From contig CAZAOK010000002.1 in assembly GCA_964486725.1 (NCBI GenBank), positions 7,250 to 71,249 on the forward strand: a stretch of DNA of 64,000 nt. Reading direction: 5' to 3'. The stretch's first letter is position 1; each line of letters opens with the position of its first letter. Both the position numbers and the translations under genes were made by a program. The DNA is from an uncultured Leptospiraceae bacterium. GTDB taxonomy: Bacteria; Spirochaetota; UBA4802; UB4802. This document shows, piece by piece, positions 58,340 through 64,000 of the stretch. The notes under the pieces were generated by a model. It did no database searches and was not told the origin of the DNA. It worked only from the letters and a program-made list of their open reading frames with translations.

Positions 58340-60835
58340 ATGAAAAAACAAATAATCCGTCATCTTATAATCATATCATGTATTTCCCTGTTCTCGCTGC
58401 AATGTGCCCTGGTGCATAATCATTTTAAAAAGTCACTGCTGCCCTTTGATGGAACAATACGCATGGGCTGCCTGGAAAAACCGGTTACTGTTAAACGGGA
58501 TTCACTGGGCATCCCCTGTATTCAGGCAGAAAACGAGAGCGACCTGTTCTGTGCCACCGGTTATGTTACCGCTTCATACAGGCTTACCCAGATGGTAATA
58601 TTAAAACATGCCATACAGGGAAGGCTCAGCGAGATCGCCGGCAGTGATACCCTCCCAATTGACCGTTTTATGCGCAGCCTGGGGGTGAAGGCTGTAGTTG
58701 ACAACACAATGAAGCAGATGGACGAACATGGCCGCATGATGCTGAAAAGTTTTGCCAGCGGGGTGAATCACTACATGCATACCACACAGCAGCTGCCGCC
58801 TGAACTGGTACTGAGCGGTTTTACCCCCCACCGCTGGAAACCAGAAGACTCGTTATATATCTTTGCCATGTTAAACCTCAACGTATCATTTAACCTTATA
58901 GAAGAACTTCACTTTCTCATTATCGCCCACAGGCTTGGATATAAAAAAGCAGCCGAACTTTTTCCTGTCTACCACGACCAAAAGATACCACTGGAGGAGG
59001 CAGAAAAGCTTCGCCATATTTTACCCGAACTGCCCCTGTCGGACATGGAAGAACTTCAGCAGACACTCAGGAAGATGGAAACTATTGCCAGGCCGGGAAC
59101 ACCCGCGTCCAACAACTGGGCACTTGCCCCTTCACGGACAAAAGGTGGAAAGAGTATCATAGCCAATGATACACATCTCATGCTCGCCCTTCCCTCACCC
59201 TGGATAATTTTGCACCTTGAATGTCCCACCTACCGTTGTGCTGGTGTGACCCTTCCCGGCATCCCGGTTATTACCGCGGGTTTTAACGGCAACATAGCCT
59301 GGGGTGAAACCATGGTCATGGCTGACAGCCAGGACCTGTTTATCGAACGGATAAAAGAGGACGGGGGAAAGCTTTTCTACCTGTTCAGGGATAAATGGCT
59401 CCCGTTGAAAAAGAGGACAGAAACATTTAACATCAAGGGTAAAGATCCTCTTACCCTGCCGGTTTATGAAACACATCACGGCCCCCTGCTTAATCATTCT
59501 CTTTCCCAGATGCCGTTGCCCCCCGAGATACCGGTACAGCCGCTGCCGGTTGATATTCCATTCGGTCTTTCCCTGTCATGGGTTGTGAAGGATGGAGACG
59601 TGACACTTGACGCCTTCTACAGGCTGGGCAGGGCATCCACCATGAAAGAAGCACGAAATGCCATATCGGGGATACACAGCATATACCTGAATATTATCTA
59701 CGGTGACAAAAAGAACATTGGCTGGCAGGTAACAGGGCTTTATCCTCTCCGTAAAAAAGGCAAAGGACTCTTCCCCTCTCCGGGATGGACGGGTGAGCAT
59801 GAATGGCAGGGTTTTGCACCCTTCTCTTCCCTGCCCCACAGCGAAAACCCTTCTGCCGGCTATTTATGTACTGCCAATCATCGAACCGTTGAAAAAAATT
59901 ACCCCCTGCACATGTCCTCCTCCTGGTACAACCAGGAAAGAGCCCAACGCCTGGAGCAGGTGCTTTCCTCCACCAAAAACGCCACGGTAGACCACATGAA
60001 GAAACTGCAAAATGACCGCTACTCAACCATGGCCCGCAAAGTACAGGAAATACTATTCTCGACGCATCGCGCTTCGTTTATACAGGAAAGAATTGATGCC
60101 ATGAAACCGGTACACAAAAGAAATGCCAACCGGGCCCTCTACATGCTGCATCCCGATCGCTTTGATTGTATAATGGAAGAAACGTCACCCGCCGCGGCCC
60201 TCATGGGGGCCCTGTATCATGCTTTTACCAGGGCTACCTTTCTGGATGAACTGGGGCCGGAAGATTCTCTCCAATGGGAAGCATTTATTCAGGCCAGCAT
60301 GACATCATACGCGGCCACCGACCATCTCCTGGTGTACCGGGAACGTTCCGTGTTTTTCGATAACATCAACACCCCGGCCCTGGAGAACAAGTATGATATA
60401 CTGGCACAATCCCTGAATGACGCATATACCCTGTGCCGGAAAGAAATGGGTGTTGACGAAGAACAGTGGAAATGGGGAACACTGCATACCTATAACTGGC
60501 AGCATGACATATCAAAAAAAACAGGGCTGCTGAAAGGATATCTCGACCGGGGGCCATTCCCGGCAGGTGGTGACGTACACACGGTAAACGTGGCTGGTTT
60601 TACATGGGGAAAGAACTTCGACGTATGGATGATACCCGCCATGCGTATGATAGTAGACTTCAACAGTAAAAACCCCATGCATATCATAACCACGCCGGGT
60701 GAATCAGGACACCCCTCAAGTCCTCATTACGATGACATGATCCCGTATTTTCTCGAAGGAAGATACCAGGTTCTTCCACTCTCACATGATACCCGGGATG
60801 ATCATTATATTTTCAGGCAAACCCTCACCCCATGA
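58340..60835 (+). CDS. Penicillin/AHL-acylase family Ntn-hydrolase
   Basis: A signal peptide and the SNNWALAPSRTKGG nucleophile-Ser motif at the alpha/beta junction. The 831-aa size is typical of the PvdQ/QuiP/PGA family. Confidence 0.8.
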   Translation: MKKQIIRHLIIISCISLFSLQCALVHNHFKKSLLPFDGTIRMGCLEKPVTVKRDSLGIPCIQAENESDLFCATGYVTASYRLTQMVILKHAIQGRLSEIAGSDTLPIDRFMRSLGVKAVVDNTMKQMDEHGRMMLKSFASGVNHYMHTTQQLPPELVLSGFTPHRWKPEDSLYIFAMLNLNVSFNLIEELHFLIIAHRLGYKKAAELFPVYHDQKIPLEEAEKLRHILPELPLSDMEELQQTLRKMETIARPGTPASNNWALAPSRTKGGKSIIANDTHLMLALPSPWIILHLECPTYRCAGVTLPGIPVITAGFNGNIAWGETMVMADSQDLFIERIKEDGGKLFYLFRDKWLPLKKRTETFNIKGKDPLTLPVYETHHGPLLNHSLSQMPLPPEIPVQPLPVDIPFGLSLSWVVKDGDVTLDAFYRLGRASTMKEARNAISGIHSIYLNIIYGDKKNIGWQVTGLYPLRKKGKGLFPSPGWTGEHEWQGFAPFSSLPHSENPSAGYLCTANHRTVEKNYPLHMSSSWYNQERAQRLEQVLSSTKNATVDHMKKLQNDRYSTMARKVQEILFSTHRASFIQERIDAMKPVHKRNANRALYMLHPDRFDCIMEETSPAAALMGALYHAFTRATFLDELGPEDSLQWEAFIQASMTSYAATDHLLVYRERSVFFDNINTPALENKYDILAQSLNDAYTLCRKEMGVDEEQWKWGTLHTYNWQHDISKKTGLLKGYLDRGPFPAGGDVHTVNVAGFTWGKNFDVWMIPAMRMIVDFNSKNPMHIITTPGESGHPSSPHYDDMIPYFLEGRYQVLPLSHDTRDDHYIFRQTLTP

Positions 60836-60971
60836 CGGGTCTGACTTGTGCCCACAAATCGGATTGAGGAAGATGGATAAAGAATAAAGGAAACAGAATA
60901 GTTTGCAATATTAAATAAAGGGTCTTTCCGGATTCTTGGGAATTGAAAATAAATAATCTGATTTGCCTACT

Positions 60972-60993
60972 CCCTCCCCCTTGTGGGGGAGGG
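60972..60993. terminator. GC-rich hairpin (CCCTCCCCC-ttgt-GGGGGAGGG) between convergent genes, a weak bidirectional terminator candidate
   Basis: The 9-bp G/C stem is seen directly. The flanking U-runs are poor on both strands. Confidence 0.35.
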
Positions 60994-60996
60994 TAT

Positions 60997-61542
60997 TCAC
61001 TTAAAATCCCTGCCAATTTTTTTCTGAAGGGTTGTGTGAATATCCTTCAACCGTTTTTTCACCACGTATACCGACAGATCCAACTCCCTGGCAATATCCG
61101 CGTAGGTTTTATCCTGGCAGTACCGCTCTATCACCATGCTGCGGCGAACACCTTCCATCTGGCGAATGGAGTCGATCATGGTACTGATAACCTCACCATT
61201 AACAAATGCTTCCTCTATATCATGGTATTCTCCCGCATATTCATCCATGTTGTCAGAATACATACATCGATTGTTCTCTTTGCGAATTTCGTTGCGGATA
61301 TAATCGAAACAGATATTCCTTGCTGCTTTTCTCATATACCCGATACAGGCTGGATTCTTCGGATCAGGTATGGTTTGACGCGTCAACATCCTGGTATATA
61401 ATTCCTGTGCCAGGTCTTCGGCCAGGTGATCGTCACCTGAATACCTTTTGATGACACCAACTACTTCCTGGTAATATAACTGGAAACATTCTTCAAGCCG
61501 TATACTGTAGTTTTCCTTCTTCATAATTCTTATCCATTCCAC
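60997..61542 (-). CDS. ECF-type sigma-70 family RNA polymerase sigma factor
   Basis: Region 2 (DDHLAEDLAQELYTRML) and region 4 HTH (YADIARELDLSVYVVKKRL). Confidence 0.75.
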   Translation of the reverse strand: MEWIRIMKKENYSIRLEECFQLYYQEVVGVIKRYSGDDHLAEDLAQELYTRMLTRQTIPDPKNPACIGYMRKAARNICFDYIRNEIRKENNRCMYSDNMDEYAGEYHDIEEAFVNGEVISTMIDSIRQMEGVRRSMVIERYCQDKTYADIARELDLSVYVVKKRLKDIHTTLQKKIGRDFK

Positions 61543-61623
61543 TATTATTTTTTTTCATTAATTGTGAAATTTTTTCAGGAAGGTCTACGCATACGGCGTG
61601 ATTAATTGTTATGTTATAATTTT

Positions 61624-62151
61624 TTATCCATCACCACCATGTCCATTGTTACGGTACAGGGTAATATTTTCCATGTAAACCCGGGCAGCATGGGTAATCT
61701 CTTCACGCTGCAGAGCAGACACCTGCTTTACCACCTTACCCGGAGAACCAAGCACAATTGATCCCTCCGGTATCACCCTGTTCTCCGGCACCAGGGCATT
61801 GGCACCAATGATACAGTTATCCCCGATGACGGCACCGTTTAAAATTATGGCATTGATCCCAACCAGACACCTGTCACCAACCTTGCAGCCGTGCAGCATG
61901 GCCATGTGTCCAACCGTTACTTCTTTACCTATAACAAGGGTGTGCTCCGCACCCGTGTGCAGCACACAACTGTCCTGAATATTGGTTCCATCACCTATGC
62001 TGATGCTGTTCATATCCCCCCGGATCACAGAATTGAACCACACACTCACATTCTCTCCAAGCGTGACATCACCCACAACGGTGGCGTTTTCAGCCACGAA
62101 AAAATTATTTCCCGGAAGGGTTACCTTTTTATCACCTAGATCCTTGATCAT
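61624..62151 (-). CDS. Gamma-carbonic-anhydrase-like hexapeptide-repeat protein
   Basis: A left-handed beta-helix of hexapeptide repeats with the His ligands (VLHTG…MLHGC). Confidence 0.8.
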   Translation of the reverse strand: MIKDLGDKKVTLPGNNFFVAENATVVGDVTLGENVSVWFNSVIRGDMNSISIGDGTNIQDSCVLHTGAEHTLVIGKEVTVGHMAMLHGCKVGDRCLVGINAIILNGAVIGDNCIIGANALVPENRVIPEGSIVLGSPGKVVKQVSALQREEITHAARVYMENITLYRNNGHGGDG

Positions 62152-62166
62152 TCTTTTTTCTCCTGT

Positions 62167-63468
62167 TCATGGCATAAGTTTTCCTCGAATCAAACGGGTA
62201 ATCTCTTCAAGCGTGGAGTCCGAAATATCTTCCATGCGCAGTGAAGAACCATCAATATAAGGCTCAATTTTTTCCATAATATCATCGGTCACCTCACCAT
62301 ACTGCCCCATGAAGGACTGCAGCCGTGCCTTCAGGCTGAATTCCCGTTTTTCCCTTTCGGATAATGCCAGGTACCCGTCAATCTCTTCCAGCATGCGCTG
62401 CCGGTCCCGGGGCAGGGTCCCTGATACATTCAAAAGATTAGTTGCACTGTCACTCATGATCTCGGCTGCAGCATCAATTTCTTCTATCATGATCCGCAGT
62501 TCCTCAACCACCATCTCTTCCGGACATTCAGTAAACTCTCCCCGCTTTCGGGCTTCATCTATGGGTGTCCCTGGAAACACTTCCAGTGTCCGCAGCCGCA
62601 CAAAGTCAGGCTGTATCTCTGATATCACCCGGGCAGTCTCCCGGGCATGCTCCTCGCTGAATTCCATGCCGCCAAGACCGGGCATCACGTATACCGAACA
62701 GGACAATCCTGCTTCACGGGTTTTTATTCCTCCCTTCACGTGATCCCCGGCGGTTTCACCCTTGTTCACCATTTCAAGCACCCTGTCACTGCCGCTTTCA
62801 AGACCGAAATGGACACGGCTGATACCCGCCTTTGCAAACCCCTTCAGCTCTTTCAGCGAACGGTTGCGTGACGCCGTTCTTGTCCTGCCGTATATGGTGA
62901 ACCGTTCCAGGGAGGGGAAATGTATGCGGATGTAATCCATAACCTCCTGCATGAAAGACGGTTTATGTATCAGCGAATCGGCATCCCCCAGAAAGCAGGT
63001 GCGTGACCCACCCATTCTCCATGTTACCAGGTGCTCCACGCTGTCCCGCAGGGTTGGCCTGTCCTTAATCCATGACAAAAACCATACCAGTCTTTCATCA
63101 AGGTCTTCAGGCAGTTCCCGTGGAAGGCTGTCCTCGTACTGGGAAACTATACCCGCTTCCCACTGCTCACGTTGTATACGTTCAACAAGGGACAGGGCTT
63201 TCCCATAATCAGCTGAAGAATAGACGGGAAACCCAACACCGTTCTCAAAGAGAAAATCATCCAGGTTCTTCGCGTTCCGTATGTCCTGTTTTATCTCATT
63301 AAGTGATCGCCTGGAAAATTTCGCGCCGAATTTATACACCGGGCAGAACGCGCACCTGTTCCAGTAACAGTTACGGGCAAGGCGAAAGGTGAGACTGTAA
63401 TTCTCCGTAGGTGGTCGTATTGAGCATATTTCAAAAGGCTGTACATCCAGTATATCTACCATCTTCAC
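62167..63468 (-). CDS. Radical SAM domain protein with an atypical CX4CX2C cluster motif
   Basis: RLARNCYWNRCAFCPVY was checked on the DNA. There are GGE-like and TIM-barrel patterns (HFGLESGSDRVL) downstream. Confidence 0.7.
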   Translation of the reverse strand: MKMVDILDVQPFEICSIRPPTENYSLTFRLARNCYWNRCAFCPVYKFGAKFSRRSLNEIKQDIRNAKNLDDFLFENGVGFPVYSSADYGKALSLVERIQREQWEAGIVSQYEDSLPRELPEDLDERLVWFLSWIKDRPTLRDSVEHLVTWRMGGSRTCFLGDADSLIHKPSFMQEVMDYIRIHFPSLERFTIYGRTRTASRNRSLKELKGFAKAGISRVHFGLESGSDRVLEMVNKGETAGDHVKGGIKTREAGLSCSVYVMPGLGGMEFSEEHARETARVISEIQPDFVRLRTLEVFPGTPIDEARKRGEFTECPEEMVVEELRIMIEEIDAAAEIMSDSATNLLNVSGTLPRDRQRMLEEIDGYLALSEREKREFSLKARLQSFMGQYGEVTDDIMEKIEPYIDGSSLRMEDISDSTLEEITRLIRGKLMP

Positions 63469-63989
63469 CCCCAGATATCATCCGGGTTAAACCGGACAGG
63501 CTGCATGTCAAATCGTGATTCCGGCACCCGGCCAAGCACCAGGAAGCTTGCCCTGTCAAGCCGTCGTATGTCCTTTCTTGCCTGCAGCGGGTCCACTGCC
63601 GGGGCGGCGTGTTTCATGGACATTATAATGTCCATACTGTACCTGGATCGCATCTCTTCGAACTGTCCCGCCATTTCCAGCTGTTTCTCCATGGACTGTT
63701 TCCTGCGGCGAAGCAGTGAAAATATATCCCCATCGGGATCCCCTTCCGCAAAGATGCGAAGCACCAGTTCAATTGTGGCAAGCTTTTCTTCGTCGCTTTC
63801 CCGTGTCTCTTCTGCCATTTTTTCCAGCAGCGTACGGATATATGTATCCCCCTCATCCCCCCTGTGATGTACCCTGGAACGCAGCAGTATACGCGCATGG
63901 AATGAAAATTCATCAGCATCATTTTGCAACATTTTCCCGGGTACCACCTTGTGTATATCAGACTGCAGGTGCAGCCCGGCGGTGATCAT
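63465..63989 (-). CDS. Hypothetical protein (start may lie beyond the window)
   Basis: The stop overlaps the radical-SAM start (ATGA). No family recognised. Confidence 0.35.
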   Translation of the reverse strand: MITAGLHLQSDIHKVVPGKMLQNDADEFSFHARILLRSRVHHRGDEGDTYIRTLLEKMAEETRESDEEKLATIELVLRIFAEGDPDGDIFSLLRRRKQSMEKQLEMAGQFEEMRSRYSMDIIMSMKHAAPAVDPLQARKDIRRLDRASFLVLGRVPESRFDMQPVRFNPDDIWG

Positions 63990-64000
63990 GCTGACCTTTC

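Noticed and set aside
60972-60993. Whether the CCCTCCCCC-ttgt-GGGGGAGGG hairpin is a third copy of the 35.2/52.4-kb repeat
   Set aside because: Only the general C-run/G-run hairpin character is shared. The stem sequence, the loop and the flanks do not align with the repeat arm.
1-64000. CRISPR arrays, tRNA/rRNA genes, transposases, integrases, prophage signatures
   Set aside because: No direct-repeat arrays with spacers, no cloverleaf-like conserved tRNA motifs in the intergenic gaps, and no recombinase or transposase ORFs were found.

Overview
This is a 64-kb, gene-dense chromosomal segment from a Gram-negative, probably anaerobic bacterium of uncertain lineage. The diderm call rests on a YidC with a large periplasmic domain, LpoB/CsgG-like lipoproteins, outer-membrane beta-barrel proteins and a DsbD. 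The anaerobic lifestyle is suggested by a class III ribonucleotide reductase, pyruvate phosphate dikinase and Na+-NQR. Recognisable housekeeping genes: a partial MMPL/RND exporter with an upstream tetR, an iron-sulfur flavoprotein, yacL-like PIN/TRAM, carD/cdnL, PBP1A, a CHASE2 adenylate cyclase, htrA, nrdD plus nrdG, the rpmH-rnpA-yidD-yidC-jag-mnmE cluster (without dnaA), a GT4 glycosyltransferase, ppdK, a rhomboid protease, an HDAC-family protein, a complete nqrABCDEF operon preceded by an NqrM-like gene, dsbD, a 7TMR-DISM sensor, purD, a penicillin-acylase family protein, and a radical-SAM / gamma-CA-like / ECF-sigma operon. No rRNA, tRNA, CRISPR array, transposase or integrase was detected. 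Main observations for follow-up: (1) the class III RNR is naturally split, with a 64-aa ORF carrying the glycyl-radical motif encoded separately downstream of the catalytic subunit; (2) an ~85-90 bp element (a GC hairpin with a UUCG loop plus an AT-rich arm ending in the palindrome GTAATTAC) occurs twice in inverted orientation 17 kb apart, each copy about 40-46 bp upstream of a sigma70-like promoter (one driving a CsgG-like lipoprotein / OM barrel pair, the other the nqr operon); (3) a perfect 24-bp inverted repeat flanks a 111-bp AT-rich segment in the purD / acylase divergent region, which looks like an invertible switch or MITE; (4) a perfect 29-bp palindrome sits in the tetR divergent promoter. 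Smaller oddities include a YbjN-like chaperone paired with a low-complexity protein, tandem paralogous TPR / jelly-roll giants, an atypical response regulator, and a radical SAM with a CX4CX2C motif.
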